Below, piece by piece: positions 56,530 through 64,000 of a DNA stretch of 64,000 nt. Under the pieces are notes generated by a model, which saw nothing but the letters and a program-made list of their open reading frames with translations, searched no databases and was not told the DNA's origin. Position numbers and translations under genes: made by a program. Numbering within the stretch: the first letter of the stretch is position 1; every line of letters begins with the position of its first letter. Source of the stretch: an uncultured Candidatus Saccharibacteria bacterium (GTDB lineage: Bacteria; Patescibacteriota; Doudnabacteria; UBA920); the NCBI GenBank assembly GCA_964504715.1, contig CAZDEP010000001.1, forward strand, positions 16,830 through 80,829, given 5' to 3'.

Positions 56530-57474
56530 TTGGATTTTGACATTATCAAAAAAGGCACTGTGGACATGGAAAATAAACAACAATATAAAATTAGAAGAAA
56601 AATTTTAAAAAATATTTTAATCAGTCTAAATTTTTGGGTTGATAGATTTTTGGTTTTTTTCCAGTTTAGACAAAAGCGGCAATTTTGGGGCATAATTTAT
56701 GACAGTGTGACTAAGCAGCCGCTTGACCCGGTTAGGGTAAGCCTGGTTTACGCCGACACCGGAAAAGTGGAAAGCACAGCCGTTACGGATTTGCAGGGGC
56801 GCTACGGGTTTTTAGCGCGCCCTGGCCGTTTTAAGATATTCCCCCAAAGGACGAACTATGTTTTTCCTTCCACGCATGTGACTGGCGATAGCGACGGCAT
56901 ATACACTCACCTTTATCACGGCGAATTTTTTGAGTTGGGAAAACAATCCGAAGTCATAGCGCCCAACATCCCCATGGATCCGGTATCGGAGGACTGGAAC
57001 CAGCAGGCTAAAAAGCGGTTTGTAGTGAAATATGCATACGTGCGCTTGCTGGCCGAAAAATTGTTTTCAGTTTTTTTATGGTTCGGTTTTTTGTCCGTTG
57101 TTTTATATTTGACCTTGCATAATTTTCAGCCGGTATTTTTACGCTGGGTTTTGGGCGCGTATGTTGCAATTCTGCTTTTGGAAGTGGTTATGCCGAGGCC
57201 CCGTTTTTGGGGGCGGATTGCAGATAGCAGCAATAACCCGGTGGCGGGCATCCGTTTGAGGCTGGCAAACCCGTTGCTTCCTGGGGTAGTTTTTGGGTCG
57301 GCTTTAAGCCGGGACGACGGCAAGTTTTTCCTGAGGGCCAGCCCGGGCAGGTATAGTTTGGAAGTTTTGGATGATGACAGCCAGGCCGTTTTGTCGGTCT
57401 TTACGGTTAGGGTGGGGCAAGAAGGGGTGTATAGCGGCGAGTTTGTTATCCGGGCAGTGAAAAATATGGTATAA
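56530..57474 (+). CDS. Hypothetical membrane protein with two carboxypeptidase-regulatory-like (CarboxypepD_reg-type) beta-sandwich segments
   Basis: GIIYDSVTKQPLDPVRVSLVYADTGKVESTAVTDLQGRYGF and GRIADSSNNPVAGIRLRL... are typical of CarboxypepD_reg/Big-like domains; a central 2-TM region. Confidence 0.35.
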   Translation: MDFDIIKKGTVDMENKQQYKIRRKILKNILISLNFWVDRFLVFFQFRQKRQFWGIIYDSVTKQPLDPVRVSLVYADTGKVESTAVTDLQGRYGFLARPGRFKIFPQRTNYVFPSTHVTGDSDGIYTHLYHGEFFELGKQSEVIAPNIPMDPVSEDWNQQAKKRFVVKYAYVRLLAEKLFSVFLWFGFLSVVLYLTLHNFQPVFLRWVLGAYVAILLLEVVMPRPRFWGRIADSSNNPVAGIRLRLANPLLPGVVFGSALSRDDGKFFLRASPGRYSLEVLDDDSQAVLSVFTVRVGQEGVYSGEFVIRAVKNMV

Positions 57475-57492
57475 TTATATAAACGAATATTT

Positions 57493-57888
57493 ATGGGCAA
57501 TCCCAGCAAAAAAATACTGGTAGTTGAAGACGACGCCATGCTTCGGCGGATTATGGTTGACCGGTTAAAAGTCCTTGGTTATGAGGTTTTTCAGGCCGGC
57601 GACGGGCAGGCGGCAGTGGATTTAACGCTGGACAAAAAACCCCACTTAATCCTGCTCGATTTGCTCCTCCCGGTTATAGACGGCTTTATAGTTCTTCAAA
57701 AAATCCGCGATTATCCGGAAAAAACCGTATCAGACGTGCCGGTGATTGTGTTGAGTAATTTGTGGAGCGACAAAGACATTTTAAGGGTCAAGGCCTTAAA
57801 GATCGACGAGTATTTTGTCAAAGCCACTACGGATCTGGAAGTCGTTTTTGCTAAGGCAAAAGCACTCTTAGACAGGCAAACGGCCTAA
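57493..57888 (+). CDS. Stand-alone response regulator receiver (CheY-like) protein
   Basis: KILVVEDDAMLRRIMVDRL...ILLDLLLPVIDGF...VIVLSNL contains the phospho-acceptor Asp and the conserved Thr/Lys region; 131 aa with no output domain. Confidence 0.75.
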   Translation: MGNPSKKILVVEDDAMLRRIMVDRLKVLGYEVFQAGDGQAAVDLTLDKKPHLILLDLLLPVIDGFIVLQKIRDYPEKTVSDVPVIVLSNLWSDKDILRVKALKIDEYFVKATTDLEVVFAKAKALLDRQTA

Positions 57889-58033
57889 TTTGACAAAATG
57901 TAAGCATTGTATTATTATTTATTCAAAGGCCTCCAAGGCCTTTTAAAAAAGATTAATCACAAATATCACTAATTAATACAAATAAAAATGTGTTTGTTTG
58001 GTGAAATTTGTGTCATTCGTGCATTTGTGATCT

Positions 58034-58216
58034 ATGAATATTTTTGGCTTTCTCGGCGAAGTTAAAGCCGAGCTGTCTAAAGTAGTTTGGCCCACCAGGC
58101 AAGAGGTGCTTAAATATACCGCCACCGTGATAATATTCAGTGTCGCCATTGCGCTCATATTGGGCTTGGCCGATTTGGGCATACTAAAGCTCTTTGAAAA
58201 AATTATTGTAAGATAA
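58034..58216 (+). CDS. secE: Preprotein translocase subunit SecE
   Basis: 60 aa; FLGEVKAELSKVVWPTRQEVLKYTATVIIFSVAIALILGLADLG matches the SecE consensus (e.kKV.WP.r.e......VV) with a TM helix. It lies upstream of nusG. Confidence 0.7.
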   Translation: MNIFGFLGEVKAELSKVVWPTRQEVLKYTATVIIFSVAIALILGLADLGILKLFEKIIVR

Positions 58217-58753
58217 ATGCTTCCTCCCGGACACGTCGCCGCAGGTTTTTTAACCGCTTGGGGACTTTTAAAAATTTTAAAACCCGAACTGACTCCCGTG
58301 GAGTACCAGCAGCTGCTTTTGTGGGGGGCTTTTGTAGGATTTTCTCCTGACTTGGACGTTTTTTATGCTTTTTTAAAGCAGCGATCCTTTTTGGTGGCGC
58401 ATCCTACCACGCCTGTCCATCGGAATTATTTTAGCCACGCGCCCGTTGTATGGGCGGCTTTGGGACTGCTGGTATATTTTTTGGCAAAGTCGGAGTTTTA
58501 TAAAATTTTCGGCCTTATTGTCTGGATTTCTTCCTGGAGCCATTTTACCCTCGATACTTTGGAGTTTGGTATTCCGTGGCTGTGGCCAATTAGCCGGCGG
58601 CTGTTTGCCTTTTGGGGAACGGGGGAAAGGTCCGGCATAGAGGAAAAAAATTTTTTCCGGCATACAATCCAGGTTTTAAAGGCTTACACTAAGAAAATAA
58701 GTTTTTATTTGGAAGTTTTAATTATAGTTATGGCATTAATTGTTTATTTTTAA
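58217..58753 (+). CDS. Hypothetical polytopic membrane protein inserted between secE and nusG (possibly a metal-dependent membrane hydrolase-like protein)
   Basis: 178 aa with 4-5 TM helices and His-rich loops (HPTTPVHRNYFSH). Confidence 0.35.
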   Translation: MLPPGHVAAGFLTAWGLLKILKPELTPVEYQQLLLWGAFVGFSPDLDVFYAFLKQRSFLVAHPTTPVHRNYFSHAPVVWAALGLLVYFLAKSEFYKIFGLIVWISSWSHFTLDTLEFGIPWLWPISRRLFAFWGTGERSGIEEKNFFRHTIQVLKAYTKKISFYLEVLIIVMALIVYF

Positions 58754-58856
58754 ATTAATATGCATGCGAAAATGAGCATACGAAACAACGAAATGGCCAT
58801 GCGAAAGTTGTTTTTCGTAGTTTTTTGCAGTTTCGCATGTAATTTTCGCATTCACT

Positions 58857-59402
58857 ATGTCTAGACAACAAGTTACGGGCCAGCGCCAATGGTATGTGCT
58901 TCATACCTATAGCGGGTATGAAGACAGCGTTGCTTTAAACGTAAAGCAAAGGATAGAGTCCATGGGCATGCAGGACAAGATTTTTGACGCCATAGTGCCC
59001 AAGGAAAAGAAGATCAAAATTAAAGACGGCAAAAGGGTGACCGTGGAAGAGAAAATTTTTCCCGGGTATGTGTTGGTAGACATGATTGTTACCGACGACT
59101 CTTGGTATGTGGTAAGAAATACCCCCAACGTTACGGGTTTTGTCGGCAGCGGTACTGTGCCGACTCCGGTTTCGCCGGATGAATGGACTTATTTGCAAAA
59201 GCGTATGGGCGCCGAGGAGCCTAAGTTTAAAGTGGAATTCCAGTTGAATGACTTGGTTAAAATTACCGACGGGCCTTTTAAGGACTACGAGGGCAAAGTC
59301 GGCAATGTGGACGAGGCGCACGGCAAGGTTAAAGTCATGGTTACCATCTTCGGCCGCGAAACGCCGGTAGAGCTTGATTTTTTGCAGGTTAAGAAAATTT
59401 AA
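58857..59402 (+). CDS. nusG: Transcription termination/antitermination factor NusG
   Basis: NGN domain (QWYVLHTYSGYEDSV) and KOW motif (VGDLVKITDGPFKDYEGKV). Confidence 0.9.
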   Translation: MSRQQVTGQRQWYVLHTYSGYEDSVALNVKQRIESMGMQDKIFDAIVPKEKKIKIKDGKRVTVEEKIFPGYVLVDMIVTDDSWYVVRNTPNVTGFVGSGTVPTPVSPDEWTYLQKRMGAEEPKFKVEFQLNDLVKITDGPFKDYEGKVGNVDEAHGKVKVMVTIFGRETPVELDFLQVKKI

Positions 59403-59433
59403 AATAGGTTCTTAATTAAATTAATTAAATTTT

Positions 59434-59628
59434 ATGTTGGAACAACATTCGGAAGGTCAAAATATAGATTTAGTCCGTTTGACGGAAGCAGGGCGTGCTC
59501 TTAATGGATTTATGGCTGAATTTTCCAAGCTCAGTCCGGAAGAAGTGGCAAAGTTGGTGGAAGAAAATCAAGACCAAATAGCCGACTTGCTAAATAAGCT
59601 GGATACTCGGAAGAAAACTTGGGAATAA
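59434..59628 (+). CDS. Small hypothetical acidic protein
   Basis: 64-aa ORF with no motif; it may be spurious. Confidence 0.2.
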   Translation: MLEQHSEGQNIDLVRLTEAGRALNGFMAEFSKLSPEEVAKLVEENQDQIADLLNKLDTRKKTWE

Positions 59629-59735
59629 CAGATTAGATTATTATGCTGCTTAGGCATTAGTAAAAATAGTGTCCCTAATTCATAATTTATGCTTCTTGAA
59701 TTATGAGTTATGAATAAAATAATTAACATATAAAA

Positions 59736-59790
59736 TATGGATTCTGTAGGCATCTGTAGTATCCGTATTAGATTTTTGTAGATTTATGGC
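59736..59790. repeat. Solo right-end-like copy of the TIR element family (ggattctgtaggcatctgtagtatccgtattagatttttgtagatttatgg) upstream of rplK
   Basis: It resembles the right ends at 9868-9910 and 37350-37392 (ctgtaggtatctgta...atc.gta.atcgg). Confidence 0.45.
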
Positions 59791-60211
59791 TAAAAAAGTA
59801 AAGACAATGTTAAAGCTCCAGCTTCCGGCTGGAAAAGCCACACCTGCTCCGCCAGTAGGTACGGCTTTGGGGCCCCACGGCGTTAACCTGGCGCAGTTCG
59901 TTAAGGAATTTAACGACAAAACCCAGGCTATGGGCGACATGGTCATTCCCATTGAAATGACCATTTATGAAGACAGGTCTTTTTCATTCATCCTAAAGAC
60001 TCCGCCGGCCGCCAATTTGATAATGAAGGCCATTGGCCTGGCCAAAGGTTCGGCCAACCCCCTGGCAAACAAGGTGGGCAAAATTTCCAAAAAGCAAATT
60101 AAGGAAATTGCGGAAAAGAAAATGCCGGATTTGAACGCGAACGATTTGGCTGCCGCGGAAAAAATTATCGCCGGAACCGCCCGCAGCATGGGTGTAGAGG
60201 TAATAGAGTAA
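59786..60211 (+). CDS. rplK: 50S ribosomal protein L11
   Basis: [34 protein letters not shown] is the L11 signature. Confidence 0.9.
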   Translation: MAKKVKTMLKLQLPAGKATPAPPVGTALGPHGVNLAQFVKEFNDKTQAMGDMVIPIEMTIYEDRSFSFILKTPPAANLIMKAIGLAKGSANPLANKVGKISKKQIKEIAEKKMPDLNANDLAAAEKIIAGTARSMGVEVIE

Positions 60212-60364
60212 TTAACCTAATTGTTCTAATTGACCTAATTTCTAAACAATGACTAATGTTAAATAAACAAATGTCAAACCGCTGGAGTTCTTAGACATTA
60301 TTGTATTTGGCATGAGAAATTGTTTAGATCAATTAGAAATTAGAATAATTAGAAATTTAAAACT

Positions 60365-60700
60365 ATGTCCCTAAAAAAAGCTTATCTCTATTTGGTTTCC
60401 GTCATCTCCCTGGTGATAGCCGTAGTGGGCGCGATTATGATAATAAATCTTGCCCTTAAAACCTGGGTTTTCCCCAAGGCAGACAGCAATGTGTATTATT
60501 CGGCGCCTTGCGTAAATTCCTATGACAGCGCGGGCAAGCCGCAAGGCTGCGACCCGGCGCAGCAGGAGCTGTTTTCCAAACAGGATGCGGAAAACCGAGC
60601 GAGCCAAAAGCAGCGCGACGCCGCGCAGGCATTAGCCATGATACTTGTGGCTACTCCTGTCTGGTATTACCACTGGAAAATGGCGAGAAGAGAAGCATAG
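60365..60700 (+). CDS. Hypothetical small membrane protein inserted between rplK and rplA
   Basis: 111 aa with an N-terminal TM helix and a C-terminal TM; Cys-containing periplasmic segment. Confidence 0.35.
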   Translation: MSLKKAYLYLVSVISLVIAVVGAIMIINLALKTWVFPKADSNVYYSAPCVNSYDSAGKPQGCDPAQQELFSKQDAENRASQKQRDAAQALAMILVATPVWYYHWKMARREA

Positions 60701-60916
60701 GAAAATTGACAAAATTGAACAAAAATAAGCTGCAGTCTAATTATGTCAATTTATTTAATTTTTTAAATTTTAATCAATATTAATATTTGTGGGACCTGAA
60801 AAATTTTGTTGTTCACTGAGCTTGTCGAAGTGGTAACAAAATTGAGCCTTCGACAGGCTCAGACATAAATTTAGAGCATGTCTGATAAGGGTTTGCACCA
60901 CGAAAGGAATCAAGTT

Positions 60917-61600
60917 ATGCCAAAATTGGCAAAGCGAGTTAAGGCCAACAATGAGTTGGTAGACAAGAATAAAATTTACGGCGCCGAAGAGGCCATCAAT
61001 TTGGCCAAAAAAACCGCCACCACCAAGTTTGTTGGTTCTTTGGAAGTGCATATAAGGACCGGCATAGACCCGAAGCAGACCGACCAGGCCGTAAGGGGCA
61101 CGGTTAGCCTCCCGCACGGGACAGGCAAAACCAAGCGCGTGGCCGCTTTTGTCAGCGACGCCAAGGAAAAGGAAGCCAAGGAAGCCGGCGCGGTTTTAGT
61201 CGGCGGCGAGCAGCTTATAAAGCAAATTAAAGAAACTGAAAAGATTGATTTTGACATAGCCGTAGCCGAACCCGCGCTTATGCCCAAGCTTGCGGTCATT
61301 GCCAAAATTTTGGGACCCAAAGGCGTTATGCCCAACCCCAAAACCGGCACGGTGGGAGAAAATATCGGCAAAATGGTTAAAGAAATTGCCGGCGGCAAAG
61401 TTAACTTTAAAAATGACGACAGCGGCAACATCCACCAGATAATCGGTAAAACCAACTTTGAAAGCGCCCAGCTTTTGGAAAACTTTAAAGTTTTGCTGGA
61501 AGGCATCCACTCCGCCAAGCCCTCTACTGTTAAAGGCCAGTACATTGTTTCGGTATCTGTGAATTCTTCCATGGGCCCCGGGATAAGGGTGAAAGTATAA
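60917..61600 (+). CDS. rplA: 50S ribosomal protein L1
   Basis: MPKLAKRVKA ... VRGTVSLPHGTGKTKRVAAF ... LGPKGVMPNPKTGTV is the L1 signature. The ATG at 60917 has the RBS aaaggaa upstream. Confidence 0.9.
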   Translation: MPKLAKRVKANNELVDKNKIYGAEEAINLAKKTATTKFVGSLEVHIRTGIDPKQTDQAVRGTVSLPHGTGKTKRVAAFVSDAKEKEAKEAGAVLVGGEQLIKQIKETEKIDFDIAVAEPALMPKLAVIAKILGPKGVMPNPKTGTVGENIGKMVKEIAGGKVNFKNDDSGNIHQIIGKTNFESAQLLENFKVLLEGIHSAKPSTVKGQYIVSVSVNSSMGPGIRVKV

Positions 61601-61630
61601 GAAAAAGTGGCAAGTAGCTAATAGAAGTAT

Positions 61631-61668
61631 AAAAATGCCTTTCTGCAAGATGCAGAAGGGCATTTTAA
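61631..61668 (+). terminator. Rho-independent terminator after rplA
   Basis: aaaatgcctttctgca-agat-gcagaagggcatttt followed by aaaatt. Confidence 0.6.
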
Positions 61669-62949
61669 AATTCGCGAAAAAAAAGAAAAACCGGCGCGCT
61701 GGTTGGCGGCCGGTTTTGTTTTGGGGCGGGGCAGGGATGGTTATCCTTTCCCCGCCTGGTAAGGGGGTTTGCCGGGATCCACGGGTGGATCCCAGTTGAA
61801 TGGTTCTGGTTCTTCGCGGTCGCAATCAACCGCGAATAAAATTTTATATTCGCTAAAGTCGTATATCATAGCCCTTGTCATAACGCCCTCCGTTATGATT
61901 TTAAGGCCATTCGCAAGCTTTTTACGTATAGTCTTAAAGCCATAAATTTTTTGTAAAAATAAAAAACCAGCCCCTTGCGGGACCGGTACTTTGTTATGGA
62001 TAATTCTCGACTAAACTCGAATATTATCAACAAAAACAAACCCAAAGCCCCTTAAGGAGGTAAGGCTAAGAAGGAGCGAGAGGTTGTTTAAGAAATTATG
62101 CATTTGTTATATTTTATCAGGCTGTGGGAGTTTGTCAAATGTGGGCGCAGATTTCACGCGGAATTACTGCAGACGCGGATACACGCGGAAGGTTATAAAT
62201 AAGGGAGCGGAGGGACTCCCTAGAGGCGATGTATAGAACATCAGCTTAGGGAATCGCTCCGCTGAGGATTAGATCCCGGTAAAAAATCTCCATCGGTCGT
62301 ACCGAGGGTTGATCTTTTCTTCCGCCTCGGGGGCGGAAGGGGGTTGGGCGGTTGCCGGCTCTTCGCCGGCGGTTTGGGTTTGGGGGCCTTCATCGGACCC
62401 TTCCCCAAAATAATTGAGTTTATTTTGGTCGGACATAAGTTTGGGCATTTTTAATTTAAAACTTGCCCAAGCTAATGGCTGCAAAACTTTTTCCTCCTTT
62501 TTTAGGGTGCCTGGTTTGCCTATTTTTAAATAAGCAAAATTACGCATCCTATTTATTGCGTTACCCCTCCCTAACCTTCCCCCTAAAGGGGAGGGAGCTT
62601 AAAAAGTATTGTGCGTTCTGTAGCGTGCCCATTTATGGGCTGGAATATATTGATGGCTGCAGCCGATAAATCGGCACACTACGTCGCATCGTTTTTATTA
62701 AAAAATAAAGGTTAATTAAAAACCCCTGCCTTTTAGGCAGGGGTTTGAGAGTTTAGATTAAACTAAAAACTCTTCCGCTGCCGGAGGCCGGGGATAATAA
62801 TAATGCTAATTATGCTTGCAGACGCGCTGATATTTGTGAACATAAACTTGTTGATAAAACTGCCCGTAAAAGGCATTTATTATGCTTATTTTAAGCACCG
62901 GAAAAAATTTTGTCAAGCAATAATTTATGGTGTAGAATAAATCAAGTCA

Positions 62950-63438
62950 TTGAAATTATTGATTTTTATGGAAAAACCAAGGGAAAATTATATTTCCTGG
63001 GACGAGTGCCTAATGCGCATGGCCAGGCTGATTGCGCAGAGGTCAAAAGACCCCTCCACCCAGGCCGGTTCGGTGATTGTAAATGAAAATAACGTAATTT
63101 ACGGACTTGGCTATAACGGCTTTCCGCGCGGTATTAATTCGGAAGATTTGCCCTGGGACCGCGAGGGCGAGCTTTTAGACACCAAATATGCCTATGTCTG
63201 CCACGCGGAAGAAAATGCGGTTTACAACGCCAACGGCCCGGTAAAAAATTGTAAAATCTACTGCACGCTTTTTCCCTGCAATGAATGCGCCAAAACCATT
63301 ATCCAAAATGGCATAAAAGAAGTGGTGTATGAAAGCAATAAGTACAAGGACCTGCCCGCCTTTAAAGCGTCGCAAAAATTATTTGATATGGCCGGGGTTA
63401 AATGCCGCGAGTTTATAAGCCAAGGGGCGAAAGAATAA
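62950..63438 (+). CDS. dCMP deaminase (CMP/dCMP deaminase zinc-binding family, ComEB-like)
   Basis: Zinc ligands CHAEENAV (H/C-A-E) and PCNECAK (PCxxC); 162 aa. Confidence 0.85.
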   Translation: MKLLIFMEKPRENYISWDECLMRMARLIAQRSKDPSTQAGSVIVNENNVIYGLGYNGFPRGINSEDLPWDREGELLDTKYAYVCHAEENAVYNANGPVKNCKIYCTLFPCNECAKTIIQNGIKEVVYESNKYKDLPAFKASQKLFDMAGVKCREFISQGAKE

Positions 63439-63441
63439 AAA

Positions 63442-63996
63442 ATGGATAAAACTATTTTAGCAGTGGTGGGTTTGCCCGGAGCGGGCAAAACGGTTTCCGC
63501 CAATTATATTTTAAAAAAAACCGGCTGGCCGAAAATTTATTTTGGCCAGGCCGTTCTAGACGCCGTTTTGGCCAAGGGCCAGGCTTTGGGCGAAGCCAAC
63601 GAAAGGGCTGTTAGGGAAGCTATCCGAGCCGAGCATGGACCTGCGGCCTTTGCAATAGTAAATTTGCCGGCCATAAAAAAGGCTTACGAAAATTCCAGCG
63701 TCATTTTGGAGAGTATGTATTCCTGGGACGAATATAAATTTTTAAAACAGGAGTTCGGCGACGCGTTTAAAGTTTTGGCTATTTACAGCTCTCTGGAAAC
63801 CCGCGTAAAAAGAATGGCAGTAAGGCCGGAGCGCCCCTTAAGCCGGGCGGATTTGGAATCGCGGGATGCCGCACAAATTGAAAATATCCACCAGGCGGGG
63901 CCCATTGCCCGGGCGGATTGGAGCATAATCAATGAAGGAAGTTTGGAGGAGTTATACAAAAATATTGACGAGGTGTTAGGGAAATATAGTTCCTAA
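63442..63996 (+). CDS. P-loop nucleoside/nucleotide kinase-like protein (AAA_17/dNMP-kinase-like)
   Basis: Walker A VVGLPGAGKTVSANYIL. It is small (184 aa) and lies adjacent to the dCMP deaminase. Confidence 0.5.
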   Translation: MDKTILAVVGLPGAGKTVSANYILKKTGWPKIYFGQAVLDAVLAKGQALGEANERAVREAIRAEHGPAAFAIVNLPAIKKAYENSSVILESMYSWDEYKFLKQEFGDAFKVLAIYSSLETRVKRMAVRPERPLSRADLESRDAAQIENIHQAGPIARADWSIINEGSLEELYKNIDEVLGKYSS

Positions 63997-64000
63997 TTAT

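Noticed and set aside
62269-62547. 92-aa minus-strand ORF (and the 48-aa ORF at 61737-61880)
   Set aside because: No recognisable motif; the region contains GC-rich hairpins (cttccgcc-tcgg-gggcggaag) and a terminator-like hairpin at about 61960-61990 on the minus strand. It may be a small protein gene or a noncoding transcript. I could not match it to RNase P, tmRNA or SRP RNA consensus, so I left it unannotated.

Overview
The window reads as a low-GC (about 43-45%), gene-dense bacterial chromosome segment, nearly all coding, with no rRNA and no CRISPR array. The gene content suggests a reduced Patescibacteria/CPR-like genome: short ProRS, SecA and GatB, many small membrane proteins, and a Gram-positive-type T4SS-like module. 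Housekeeping genes recognised from conserved motifs are radA, recG, clpC, recX, htpX, lemA, secA, gatCAB, miaA, holB, frr, rseP, proS, mreBCD, mrdA, folD, secE, nusG, rplK, rplA, comFC and a dCMP deaminase, plus three tRNAs: Arg-CCG, Ser-UGA and Ser-GCU. The accessory part at roughly 1-16600 is a type IV secretion-like cluster: a TrbL/VirB6-like polytopic protein, a PrgI-like protein, a VirB4 ATPase, and a 970-aa protein ending in a lytic-transglycosylase (VirB1-like) domain, with a GIY-YIG nuclease among them. The VirB4 gene is split by a terminal-inverted-repeat-bounded element that carries a GxxExxY-family (PD-(D/E)XK-like) ORF. Cargo-less copies of the same element occur at 37296-37392, with a solo end near 59736. 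Other unusual structure: (i) a ~190-bp element inserted at the 3' ends of two different tRNA-Ser genes, each with target duplication, arranged mirror-symmetrically around an ECF sigma/anti-sigma pair; (ii) a 4.4-kb cassette bounded by two copies of a 30-bp palindrome, encoding a secreted class-2-lipase-like 967-aa protein followed by three small membrane proteins, two of them clear paralogs, which is a candidate effector/immunity set; (iii) a BNR-repeat lipoprotein gene bracketed by ~83-bp inverted repeats; (iv) a 96-bp palindromic element inserted in-frame in gatB, with a second copy intergenic; (v) a family of CCCTCCCC...GGGGAGGG palindromes sitting in-frame inside recX, miaA and rseP; (vi) a ~1.1-kb GC-rich island encoding a PEP-CTERM protein. 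All calls come from reading motifs by eye; no searches were run.
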